Shown one piece after another: positions 17,680 through 27,010 of a DNA stretch of 29,379 nt. The number at the start of each line of letters is the position of its first letter. The stretch's first letter is position 1. Under the pieces are notes generated by a model that saw only the letters and a program-made list of their open reading frames with translations, was not told the DNA's origin and did no database searches. This DNA is from Pseudobacteriovorax sp. GTDB lineage: Bacteria; Bdellovibrionota_B; Oligoflexia; Oligoflexales; Oligoflexaceae. Location: assembly GCA_050293845.1 (NCBI GenBank), contig JBNKNM010000050.1:1-29379 (forward strand), read 5' to 3'. The position numbers and the translations under genes are program-made.

Positions 17680-18096
17680 GGCTTTATTAAAGATCCCATT
17701 ATTTTTATTAAATTTGGGGCAAACTTCTAAAATCTTTTATTGTTCGAAACTCTTGATGAAGCTTATCTCACGGTATTATAGCACCGAATACTAGATGGAA
17801 AAAACCACTTCCGTAATTGTGAACCTATCATAAGCTTAAGACATTATCATGTAGGTATATTTAGACAGAGAAGATAGCCAGCGCTAATAATAAAATAATG
17901 GAAGCAAGCTCATACATGGATGGCACGCGATCTTTTACAGCATTAGATATAGAATGCTCGATACTTACCAGGACCTTTGTCTTTTATTGTATCAATGCGC
18001 ATCACCATTTAACGCTTCATCTTAGTTCCCATAGATCGCTGTAGCTCTTAGATTAATGCTAGATAAATCATTGGCTAGGCAAAAAAGGAGTGTTCT

Positions 18097-21000
18097 ATGA
18101 AAACAAGACATATACTCATATATATTATAATGATGGCGGCGGTCATCACCCAAGCTAGGTTTGCAGCAGCTCAAATTGCTCCTCCTCCTGTTCCTCCACC
18201 CGACCAAGTAGAGCCGGATGTGACTCCCGATCCCTCAGGGGAAGAGTCAAATGAAGATGTTGGGAATAATCACCCTCCCATGGGGTGGTACAATCCCTAT
18301 CTTATAGAAGAGATGATAGCATTTGAACAAGCTGCTCTAGAGCTTCGTAATTGGGCCTACCAAAAATATGATAATGATTACAATAATAACCGAGAATACT
18401 ATGAAATGTACTACTTTGCGGATTGGATATATGGCTATTTAAATCAGTATCGAGGCAAAACATACTATACCCAAACTGGTAGCAAGTGGGTTACAGAGCG
18501 TTATTGGGATGGTAATGAGTGGAAAACTCGCTCTTATCGTTTGAACTATGATGATCATACACCGAAGTGGTTCAATGGACACGGTTATTATGCAACACGA
18601 GGCGATCATAATAACTTTCACTATAATTATCTGCGACCTGTATATCACTGGGTTATGCAGTTTTCCGCTACTGTAAGGAACAAGTATGGCTATGGCTCAA
18701 ATAGTAACTATTATGCTCTTGTTGACAAAGTAGTTAAATCATACAAACGTTATACTAAATGTAACTGGGGTCAATCACCGTTTGATCCTGATGCTCCCAT
18801 AGATACAGAAGAATATATACTGGAAGCCGAAAGGGATGCCCTTGGCTATTATGGTAATACTTCCCTGGCTACCGGGCGTTCCTCGACCATTGCCTTAACC
18901 TCAGATAACCAAAAGCTTCTTGTTGTCAACAGACAAAGCAATTCACTTACTGTGATTCAAGTGAGGGATAAGTATGGCAAGGATACCTATAATACTATAG
19001 CAGAAATCAGTGTTGGCCGTGATCCGCGCTTTGTGACTATCACCTCTGATGGCAGTCAAGCTTTTGTTGGTAATGGGCAAGATGGAACCATATCGATTAT
19101 CAACCTAACAGCGACTCCTCCACAGGTTATAGGCAGCCCGATTAAAGTGGGTAATGAACCACGCGGCCTCGTAGTAACGCCAAATGGAAAGTATCTTTTT
19201 GTAGCCAACCACACCGATGGCAGCGTTTCTATTGTGGATGCGAAGAGTTACGCTGTGCTTAATACAATCTTTCTAGGAGGGAATCCTCAGGCCATTGCTA
19301 TTTCTAATGATGGAGATGGTGAAGATCAAGACGAAAAGGTTTATGTGACCCGCTTTTTTTCTGAGTTAATTGAATCTCGACTAGTACCAGATGGCTTCAA
19401 CGATGCCAAGCAAGGTGTTGTAGATCAGTTTACGGTGAGAGAAGCGATCGCTAGTAGCCACCCCACCATTAGCAAAATTTATCTTGCTCCCATTGATGAT
19501 ACGGGGTTTACAGCCGATCGTCGTCAATTCTGCCAAAAAACCCGAAATATTCTGCAAAACAATGGTGAAGTAGTATTTTTTAATAGCGGAGTAGATGGAA
19601 AAGGGAATGGAGCCGGCGATTTGGTTAACGAATCATTTTGTCCTGATATTTATAGCAAGGACGCCAACGCTAACAGTCCTATTGCCAACGATCCCCAGGG
19701 AGCTTATCCCAATCAGCTCTTTGCCATTCTTCTTCGTGATAATCATTTATTCATTCCTAATATCGGAGCCTCACCAGAGCCTCCCGTGAAGTTCAATACC
19801 AATGTTCAAGCCTTGGTATCCCATATTGATCTTAGCAAAAAGCAGGAAGTCGTTACCAATCTAAATGATCAAATCAAGTTAGAATCGCAGCCGGCTTATC
19901 CTAATCAATCCTTGGATCGGCTATTTGCTAATGATGTGGTTGCTATTGATGCCGACGTTTCTGGAAAGAAATTTCTTATAGTGAGTCGGGGCGGTAATTA
20001 TGTCATCCGCGCTACATTGCAAGACAATGGAACCCTGAGTATTAATGCTCCCGATAGAGTCATCCGCTTTCTAACGGGTAATATTCCCAGTGGGATAGTG
20101 ATGAGTGGCGATGGGAAGCGCGCTTATACAAACAACGAGGTTAGCACCTCTGTAACGGCCATTGATTTGGAAAAAAATTTGGTTTTAGCCCGTGATATTG
20201 ACTCCAGCACTCCCCCTAAGGCAGGTACGCGGGCGCATCGCAATATTGTCGGAAAGCTAGCTTTTTTTACCGCCCTTGGCATTCAAGATACTTTAGATCT
20301 CGATCATGATGGTAAATTCGACATCGAAATCCGTGACATCGTTCCCCTAGAATTCCGTGGGAAAGCCTCCGATAATGCTTGGAGTGACTGTGCTTCCTGC
20401 CATGAAGATGGACATAGTGATAATGTGACCTGGATTTTTCCTACCGGACCACGTCAGTCGATTCCTTTGGAAGGTACCTTTGCTAGGGGAAACAATGAAG
20501 ACCAAAGAATCCTTAACTGGAATGCGGTGCGGGGTAGTATTACCGACTTTAACAACAACTCCCGGGGTGTCCAAGGAGGAATTGGGCATGCTACCAATGT
20601 TAAAGGTATAGATCGTACGGGAGAAATATTTAACCATGGTCCTACCATAGGGATTAGCGATGCCTTGGATGCCATGACAGAATGGGTAGCTAATGCGGTG
20701 CGGACACTCAACCAACCTCAAGCAGCTGATGAAAACCTTGACAATGGCGAAACCGTCTTCGCTTACTACTGTAGCCAATGCCATGGTGGAGCTAAGTTTT
20801 CAAAAAGCTCAGTGGCAGAGTATATTAATAATCCAAGCTTTGCGAATAATCCCCTGGGCCCCAACTTTTTCGCCGCAGGTAGAGAGCCCCCTCTAGACCC
20901 CAAATTGGAAGTAGCTGGTCCCCAAATTGTAGCAGTTAACCAAGGTTGGGATAGATTGCAATTTCTCGATGATGTGGGAACGTTTGATCCTACCAAAGTT

Positions 21001-21333
21001 ACAGAAATTAGAGGCGCTGGTGCCTTAGGAGGCGGAGTGATCAATATCGCTGGCGACCCCAACGAGGGGGTAGACGTTGCAGCACAATCGACACAGGGAT
21101 TTCCTTCCCTAGGAGGCATTGGTTTTAATGCCCCATCCCTATTAGGTGTGGGCTATCATGCTCCTTTTTTCCATGACGGTTCAGCGATTTCCCTTGAAGA
21201 GGTATTTAAGGTTCATCGTTTACCTGACGCAGCGAATCGAACTATTGAAGACGTTATTTACTATGCTGATGACTTAAATGACTTAAAATTATTTCTACTC
21301 TCGATCGATGATCGTACCGCACCGATACATTAG
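18097..21333 (+). CDS. Secreted YVTN/YncE-type beta-propeller protein with a C-terminal di-heme cytochrome c (peroxidase/MauG-like) domain
   Basis: AGGAG RBS and a signal peptide. Propeller repeats (ISVGRDPRFV, IKVGNEPRGL, IFLGGNPQAI, TGNIPSGI). Two CxxCH motifs: CASCH at 20389-20403 and CSQCH at 20770-20784. C-terminal APSLLGVGYHAPFFHDGSA motif of the bCcP/MauG superfamily. Confidence 0.88.
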   Translation: MKTRHILIYIIMMAAVITQARFAAAQIAPPPVPPPDQVEPDVTPDPSGEESNEDVGNNHPPMGWYNPYLIEEMIAFEQAALELRNWAYQKYDNDYNNNREYYEMYYFADWIYGYLNQYRGKTYYTQTGSKWVTERYWDGNEWKTRSYRLNYDDHTPKWFNGHGYYATRGDHNNFHYNYLRPVYHWVMQFSATVRNKYGYGSNSNYYALVDKVVKSYKRYTKCNWGQSPFDPDAPIDTEEYILEAERDALGYYGNTSLATGRSSTIALTSDNQKLLVVNRQSNSLTVIQVRDKYGKDTYNTIAEISVGRDPRFVTITSDGSQAFVGNGQDGTISIINLTATPPQVIGSPIKVGNEPRGLVVTPNGKYLFVANHTDGSVSIVDAKSYAVLNTIFLGGNPQAIAISNDGDGEDQDEKVYVTRFFSELIESRLVPDGFNDAKQGVVDQFTVREAIASSHPTISKIYLAPIDDTGFTADRRQFCQKTRNILQNNGEVVFFNSGVDGKGNGAGDLVNESFCPDIYSKDANANSPIANDPQGAYPNQLFAILLRDNHLFIPNIGASPEPPVKFNTNVQALVSHIDLSKKQEVVTNLNDQIKLESQPAYPNQSLDRLFANDVVAIDADVSGKKFLIVSRGGNYVIRATLQDNGTLSINAPDRVIRFLTGNIPSGIVMSGDGKRAYTNNEVSTSVTAIDLEKNLVLARDIDSSTPPKAGTRAHRNIVGKLAFFTALGIQDTLDLDHDGKFDIEIRDIVPLEFRGKASDNAWSDCASCHEDGHSDNVTWIFPTGPRQSIPLEGTFARGNNEDQRILNWNAVRGSITDFNNNSRGVQGGIGHATNVKGIDRTGEIFNHGPTIGISDALDAMTEWVANAVRTLNQPQAADENLDNGETVFAYYCSQCHGGAKFSKSSVAEYINNPSFANNPLGPNFFAAGREPPLDPKLEVAGPQIVAVNQGWDRLQFLDDVGTFDPTKVTEIRGAGALGGGVINIAGDPNEGVDVAAQSTQGFPSLGGIGFNAPSLLGVGYHAPFFHDGSAISLEEVFKVHRLPDAANRTIEDVIYYADDLNDLKLFLLSIDDRTAPIH

Positions 21334-21362
21334 CTACCCGTTGAGGCTTTTGGTATAAGGCA

Positions 21363-21403
21363 GCTCACAGGGAAGGTAACTCTTCCTAGTGAGTTTTACT
21401 TTT
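21363..21403 (+). terminator. Rho-independent terminator between convergent genes
   Basis: Imperfect hairpin GCTCACAGGGAAGG-TAAC-TCTTCCTAGTGAGT followed by TTTACTTTT, 30 nt after the stop at 21333. Confidence 0.65.
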
Positions 21404-21456
21404 AAACAGAGAGAGAAACTCTTGACGAGAGAGAGTTGCAGTTTTTCACACCTAGA

Positions 21457-21885
21457 TCAATACTTCAATAATGAGCCTAGGTGGTCTTTTACTTTGACTT
21501 GAATCATATCGCCCTCCGTAGAACTGTAGGAGACAGGTGCCCTTTGCCCCCATACAGGTTTGGGCCAGCTAGCGTCGTTTTTATAGCGTGCAATATGATG
21601 AATATGAAGCTGAGGCACTATGTTTCCGATCACCGCAATATTCAGTTTGTCGGGTTTAAATTGAGCCATAATCATCTTGGCCACTATATTGGATTCAATC
21701 TGATAGCTTATCAGATCGTCACGGTCCAGCTCGTGGATTTCTCTCTTATTCGGTAATCGAGGAACAAGGATAAACCACGGATATTGCTTATCATTCATCA
21801 AAAGTAAAGCACAAAGCTTAAAATTCCCAAGATAAAGCGTATCAGCGGACAGTTGAGGGTCTAAGGAAAATGTTGTGGTCGTCAC
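21457..21885 (-). CDS. HIT-family nucleotide hydrolase
   Basis: FSLDPQL...LLMND.QYPWFILVPR...PDKLNIAVIGNIVPQLHIHHIARY..D..WPKPVWG; histidine-triad-like motif. GTG start with AGGA upstream. Confidence 0.93.
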   Translation of the reverse strand: MTTTTFSLDPQLSADTLYLGNFKLCALLLMNDKQYPWFILVPRLPNKREIHELDRDDLISYQIESNIVAKMIMAQFKPDKLNIAVIGNIVPQLHIHHIARYKNDASWPKPVWGQRAPVSYSSTEGDMIQVKVKDHLGSLLKY

Positions 21886-22281
21886 GAAAGATCCTACTTG
21901 CTTTAGATTATTTTAAAGGGCGTTACCAGATCTGAGGCGGAAAAGAATAGCTCATCATCTAGTGGATCATCCCATCATGGGTACTAGGCTGCTTTTTTAT
22001 CATGGACTCGCAGTATTTGTTAGGTAAATTATAACAGCTTTCTGAATCTTGGCTATATCAGTAAGTCTGTAGATAACTTAAAGAGATTACCCAAGACTTG
22101 CGGTATAATAGGCTTTATTATGATCTGATCCCAATAAAGGGCTGCAAATGATGGTTATAATAACCCAGATTAGAAATTTTCAGATCTCGGATGATAGTTT
22201 CTAAAGCGACTTACGCTGCCGTCTTTACGAACTTTTTATTCATCATAACAGAGAGTTATATTACTTTAAGACACTCTTCAT

Positions 22282-22308
22282 TAAAATTATACATCTGTGA
22301 TGCGATAT
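22282..22308 (+). promoter_or_regulatory. Sigma28 (FliA)-like promoter of the chemoreceptor gene
   Basis: TAAA-N15-TGCGATAT, 32 nt upstream of ATG 22341. Chemoreceptor genes are classically sigma28-dependent. Confidence 0.55.
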
Positions 22309-22340
22309 ATAATCATAAACATTTGGATACGAGGAATAAT

Positions 22341-24314
22341 ATGAACAGCAATCTAGAGACAGAAGCTGACCAACTCCAATATCTGAAAGATTTTCAAGTA
22401 GCGATACAACAAACCCAAGCAGTAGTGCAGTATGATATTGCTGGTAATATTATAGATGCCAATGACATATTTTCTAACCTTCTGGGCTATACTTCCCAGG
22501 AAATCCTGGGAAAGCATGACAGTATATTTCTGATGCCGGGCTTAGCACAGACAGTCACAGATCATAGCAATTTATGGGAGCAACTCAATCGAGGATCTAC
22601 AGTTCAAGGCGAATATAAACGCATGGGGAAGCAAGGCCAAGAAGTTTGGTTAAAAGGCTTATATAAATCTATTTGTGGTAAAGATGGAAAGCCTTTTCGA
22701 GTTATCATGGTGGCCACAGACATCACAGAGGATAAAAATAGAGAATTTGATTATTTTGGGAAAATAGCAGCTCTAAATAAGACTCAAGGAATCATCGAGT
22801 TTGCTATGGACGGAACAATTCTTACAGCTAACAGCCTTTTTTTAACTGCCGTAGATTATAAGCTTCATGAAGTAAAGGGACAAAATCATAGCATCTTCAT
22901 GCCAAATGATCTTGTTAACTCACCAGAATATAAACAACTATGGGAAAAGCTGAATCGCGGTGAGTCAGATGTAGGTCAGTATAAAAGAATGGGGCGCAAC
23001 GGCAAAGAAATTTGGATTCAAGCTTCCTACAACCCTATCTTAGGCGAAAATGGTGAGCCTATAAAAGTTATAAAATATGCTACAGATATCACCACTGAAA
23101 AACTTAAGGGTGCAGAATTTGAAGCGAAGTTAAAGGCGATAGACAAATCACAGGCGGTTATCGAATTTGACCCTAATGGTATGATTATAGCGGCAAATGA
23201 TAATTTCTTAACAACGATGGGCTATGGCCTAGATGAAATTAAAGGTCAACATCACAGAATTTTTTGTGACATAAATTACACAAAAAGCCCAGCATATCAA
23301 AGATTTTGGGATAAACTTAATCTTGGTGAGTTTGATAGTGGGGAATATCGAAGGATTGGAAAAAATGCAAAGGAGGTATGGATTCGCGCTACCTATAACC
23401 CCATTTTTGACCTCAATGGCAAGGTTAATAAAATTGTTAAATTTGCAACGGATCTTACCAAAGAAAAACTTCAATATAACGAACTAGTAGATAAATTTGA
23501 AGAGTTGAGCGACGAACTTGGTGCTGCATCCGAGGAGCTAGCTTCCACTGCCAGGGAAATGGCACAAAATTCAAATTCTACAGAGCAGGAGTCGAAGTCT
23601 GCTTCAAACCTTTCCAATGAAGTGAGTGAAAGTGTTAAAGGTGTTGCCACTAACACTGAGGAGATGACAGCGACAGTGAAAGAAATATCGCAAAAAGCTA
23701 TGGAAACCTCGAAAATATCCCATGAGGCCATGAACGCAGCACAAAACTCTACGGAGCTAATCAATGAGCTAGGTAAAGCTTCACAAGAAATCAGTGGCGT
23801 TATTAAGCTCATTAGTTCTATTGCCCAACAGACCAATTTACTGGCATTGAATGCAACTATTGAAGCAGCGCGGGCAGGAGAATCAGGTAAGGGCTTTTCT
23901 GTGGTTGCCAATGAGGTGAAAGAGCTGGCGAATCAAACCGCCAATGCTACTGATCAAATTACTCAAAAAATAAACCGTATCAAGGAAGTTACTGAGGTAT
24001 CCGTCAGCTCAATCAAGGGTATTTCCGAAATCATAGACAAGGTCAATAATAACGCCACCTTGACGGCCACGGCAACGGAAGAGCAAGCTGCCACAACAAA
24101 TGAAGTTTCCAAAATGATCGATGCAGCTCGTCAAGGGGTTGAAAACATTGTAGCAGTGATTGAAAACGCGGCTAAACTATCAAGAAGTACTTCGATGGGT
24201 GCACGGGACACTGAGTCTGCTGCCAATAAACTATCGGAAATGGCGAATATATTGAAAAAAATTATTGCTGAAGTGAAGAAAACGAATGACACGGATCAAC
24301 GCTCCGCAGCCTAA
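22341..24314 (+). CDS. Soluble methyl-accepting chemotaxis protein with three PAS domains (BdlA-like architecture)
   Basis: Three repeats of (V/I)(V/I)(Q/E)(Y/F)...G.I..AN..F...LW..LN.G....G.Y.R.G..G.E.W...Y, then the MCP signalling motif [37 protein letters not shown]. No TM segment from ATG 22341, which has a GAGGA RBS and is preferred over 22191. Confidence 0.95.
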   Translation: MNSNLETEADQLQYLKDFQVAIQQTQAVVQYDIAGNIIDANDIFSNLLGYTSQEILGKHDSIFLMPGLAQTVTDHSNLWEQLNRGSTVQGEYKRMGKQGQEVWLKGLYKSICGKDGKPFRVIMVATDITEDKNREFDYFGKIAALNKTQGIIEFAMDGTILTANSLFLTAVDYKLHEVKGQNHSIFMPNDLVNSPEYKQLWEKLNRGESDVGQYKRMGRNGKEIWIQASYNPILGENGEPIKVIKYATDITTEKLKGAEFEAKLKAIDKSQAVIEFDPNGMIIAANDNFLTTMGYGLDEIKGQHHRIFCDINYTKSPAYQRFWDKLNLGEFDSGEYRRIGKNAKEVWIRATYNPIFDLNGKVNKIVKFATDLTKEKLQYNELVDKFEELSDELGAASEELASTAREMAQNSNSTEQESKSASNLSNEVSESVKGVATNTEEMTATVKEISQKAMETSKISHEAMNAAQNSTELINELGKASQEISGVIKLISSIAQQTNLLALNATIEAARAGESGKGFSVVANEVKELANQTANATDQITQKINRIKEVTEVSVSSIKGISEIIDKVNNNATLTATATEEQAATTNEVSKMIDAARQGVENIVAVIENAAKLSRSTSMGARDTESAANKLSEMANILKKIIAEVKKTNDTDQRSAA

Positions 24315-24731
24315 AGTTTTTTAGTAAGGTATTAGCTAACACCTGTTAGTTCGTCTAGAGTCACCATAACATCACTTTCCTCAGAAGCTCACGCTAGTGC
24401 TTGATGGTACAGATAGATGATATGAGCTGGATCGTGACTTCACTGAGGGAACGAGTCTCCCACTAGAAGTTGCATGGTTGATATTTTTTGTAGTGTCAGT
24501 GAAAAAAGCCTAGAAGAGTCGCTTTTCTAACGAAGGTATTTTGTATCCAAACTTGTTATGCCTTGAAAGGAACCTCATCTCAGAGGTATGAAAAAGTTAT
24601 CCATCCTATCCTGAAGGAGCGATTTTGCGGCGATGTCTAAAAAACTTACGCTCACTAAAAGAAGGATTTTTTGCATTTTTTTGCTATATTTAGCTTTATA
24701 TAGCAGTTTCATCGATTAAAAGAGGTTTCTA

Positions 24732-26450
24732 ATGGCAGAATATCAAACAGATTTACGTGACATTTACTTCAATCTTTTTGAATTACTTAAATGTCAAAAG
24801 CACATAGAAGGCCTGGCAGTCGAAGATTTGAAATCTATTGTCCAAGAGTATGACAAGTTTGTTGGCAAAGAGATATTTCCCTGTCGCGAGGAGGGTGATC
24901 AACAAGGAGTGCAGCTGGTTGATGGTAAGGTGACGGTCCCTTCTTGTTTTCAAGCCCCTAAAGATGGATTTTACGGGAATGGTTGGTTCGCCCTTGGATT
25001 ACCAGAAGAGTTAGGAGGAGTGCCCGTCCCCCATGCCCTAGAAGTCGCATGCCAGTCCCTTTCAACAGGAGCCAATACTGCTTGGATGATGTATGCCGGA
25101 CTCAGCAAGGGAGCGCTCAAGTGCATCCTTACCTGTGGCTCTGCTGAGCAGCAAAAACTCTTGGCAGAGCCTATGATTACGGGATTATTTGGAGGCACCA
25201 TGTGTCTGACTGAGGCTGGTGCTGGGAGCGATGTGGGGGCTGTCAAAACCAAAGCTGTTGCCAAGGATCAGGGTCGATACTCTATCTCAGGTTCAAAAAT
25301 ATTTATTTCGTCTGGAGATAATCAGCTGTTTCAGAATATTATCCACCTTGTTTTAGCACGAACCCCAGGGGCCGCTGATGGGACTGCGGGTCTATCTTTA
25401 TTTATTGTTCCCAAGTTCAAAATCGGGGCTGATGGCAGCAGCGGTGCCAGCAACGATGTTGTTTGTTCTAAAGTTGAAAAAAAGATGGGCTTACATGGGC
25501 AAGCGACCTGCGAACTGCTATTTGGTGCCCAGGGAAATTGTGAAGGCTGGTTGGTCGGTGAGGAAGGGAAAGGCATGAAATATATGTTTACCCTGATGAA
25601 TGAAGCACGGCTTGATACTGGATTACAAGGAGAGGCTCAATCTAATCTTGCTTTTATGCTGACAAAGCAGTATGTGCACGAAAGAGTTCAGTTTGGAAAG
25701 CTGATTATTGAGCATCCCGATGTCAGAAAACATATGTTAAAGGTACGAGCTATGAGCCGCGGTTTGCGCGCCCTTTGCCTCTATACCGCTGACCTCTTTG
25801 ATGGCAATGCCGAAGACAAGAACGAGCTTAGCTTGTTAACACCTATCTGTAAGGCCTATTGTAGCGATCAGGCCATGGAAGTCACTAGTACCGCTGTCCA
25901 GATGCATGGCGGTTATGGCTACTGCCGCGAATATGGCGTTGAGCAATTTATGAGAGATACCAAAATTGCCGCTATTTATGAGGGTACTAACGGTATCCAA
26001 GCCATAGACCTTGTCATGCGCAAGGTGATGCGTGACCAAGGAAAGACTCTTATGAAGTTAATGGCAAAAATGCAAGTATCATTAGCCCAAGGCTGTGAAC
26101 CCTTCTCGGGGGCTGCACAAGCCATCGGTTTGTCACTGCAAAAAACTCAAGAAATTTTAAAAAAATTCACCACTTATGCTACTGCAGATGAATTCGATTC
26201 TATTCTCGTACATTGTACAGAATTCTTAGAAGTTTGCGGTCACATGATTACCGCTTGGCGTCTCCTAGAATCAGCAAAAGTAGCACATGCTTGTCTATCA
26301 CAAGATCATGTTATGGAGGATGATAAGCTCTATTACCATTCGAAGCTTACCGATCTTAAGACTTTTTCGGAATACTACTTACAGAAAAATATGAGCTTAG
26401 CAAACCTTATCCTGCAAGGCGATGCGCTACTGCATCATGAGGTGATTTAA
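24732..26450 (+). CDS. Acyl-CoA dehydrogenase (long, ~570 aa FadE5/DmdC-like type)
   Basis: GTMCLTEAGAGSDVG, KIFISSGD, GLSLFIVPK, KMGLHGQATC, MNEARL, QMHGGYGY and IYEGTNGIQAIDL motifs. GAGG RBS. Confidence 0.95.
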   Translation: MAEYQTDLRDIYFNLFELLKCQKHIEGLAVEDLKSIVQEYDKFVGKEIFPCREEGDQQGVQLVDGKVTVPSCFQAPKDGFYGNGWFALGLPEELGGVPVPHALEVACQSLSTGANTAWMMYAGLSKGALKCILTCGSAEQQKLLAEPMITGLFGGTMCLTEAGAGSDVGAVKTKAVAKDQGRYSISGSKIFISSGDNQLFQNIIHLVLARTPGAADGTAGLSLFIVPKFKIGADGSSGASNDVVCSKVEKKMGLHGQATCELLFGAQGNCEGWLVGEEGKGMKYMFTLMNEARLDTGLQGEAQSNLAFMLTKQYVHERVQFGKLIIEHPDVRKHMLKVRAMSRGLRALCLYTADLFDGNAEDKNELSLLTPICKAYCSDQAMEVTSTAVQMHGGYGYCREYGVEQFMRDTKIAAIYEGTNGIQAIDLVMRKVMRDQGKTLMKLMAKMQVSLAQGCEPFSGAAQAIGLSLQKTQEILKKFTTYATADEFDSILVHCTEFLEVCGHMITAWRLLESAKVAHACLSQDHVMEDDKLYYHSKLTDLKTFSEYYLQKNMSLANLILQGDALLHHEVI

Positions 26451-26478
26451 TCTGCGCTGAACCTTCTTCGATGCAGAC

Positions 26479-26514
26479 GGGAAACGCTGTAGCTGAAGTG
26501 CTACAGGAATTCCC
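26479..26514 (+). terminator. Hairpin downstream of the acyl-CoA dehydrogenase (possible terminator)
   Basis: GGGAA-ACG-CTGTAGC-TGAAGT-GCTACAG-GAA-TTCCC; no U-tract. Confidence 0.4.
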
Positions 26515-26938
26515 TACTAATAGTAGCTTAGTGGCAGAGACCGTCAAGATCCTAGTTAGTGAGTGATGACTCAATACTCATATGCCCGAACATGATGCCT
26601 GAAAAGGATTTCTAAAACACATTTACGACAACACAAGAATTCTGGGCAAACAGCTACGTTTCAAACTGTATTTGCTCCATATTTTTTGATTGATTCTAAC
26701 TGTTGCAGAATCGGTTGGATACTAAGCCATAGTAGCTTATTTATTAAGACTGGTACCTATTCATCAAGCAGAGGGAGGGTGATCGATCACAATGCCCTTC
26801 TTAGCAAAGCTATACCGAATCTAACAAGCTGATAGAATTGAAAATATCTGACAACCAGCTAATCTAACTGCACGAGATTAAAACTTTGTTTGCAGCTAAT
26901 TAAACAGAATTAAAGGTGAAATCCTGAAAAGTGGTTGT

Positions 26939-26965
26939 TAAGTAAAGCATTTTAAGAACCGATAT
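26939..26965 (+). promoter_or_regulatory. Sigma28 (FliA)-like promoter upstream of the phytase
   Basis: TAAG-N15-ACCGATAT, 45 nt upstream of ATG 27011. Confidence 0.5.
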
Positions 26966-27010
26966 ATACAATAAGTAATAATATACTCCACTCACATGGG
27001 AACAAAATAG

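Noticed and set aside
17921..17937. Sigma54 promoter (TGGCACG)
   Set aside because: The -24 box is present but there is no GC at the -12 position (it reads CTTT).
22191..22340. N-terminal extension of the MCP
   Set aside because: ATG 22341 has a GAGGA RBS, and a sigma28-like promoter lies inside the extension.
22400..23460. Tandem repeat or CRISPR-like periodicity
   Set aside because: Explained by three diverged PAS-domain coding repeats. There are no identical direct repeats with spacers.
26850..26915. Pho boxes upstream of the phytase
   Set aside because: No convincing 11-bp-period direct repeats could be identified by eye.
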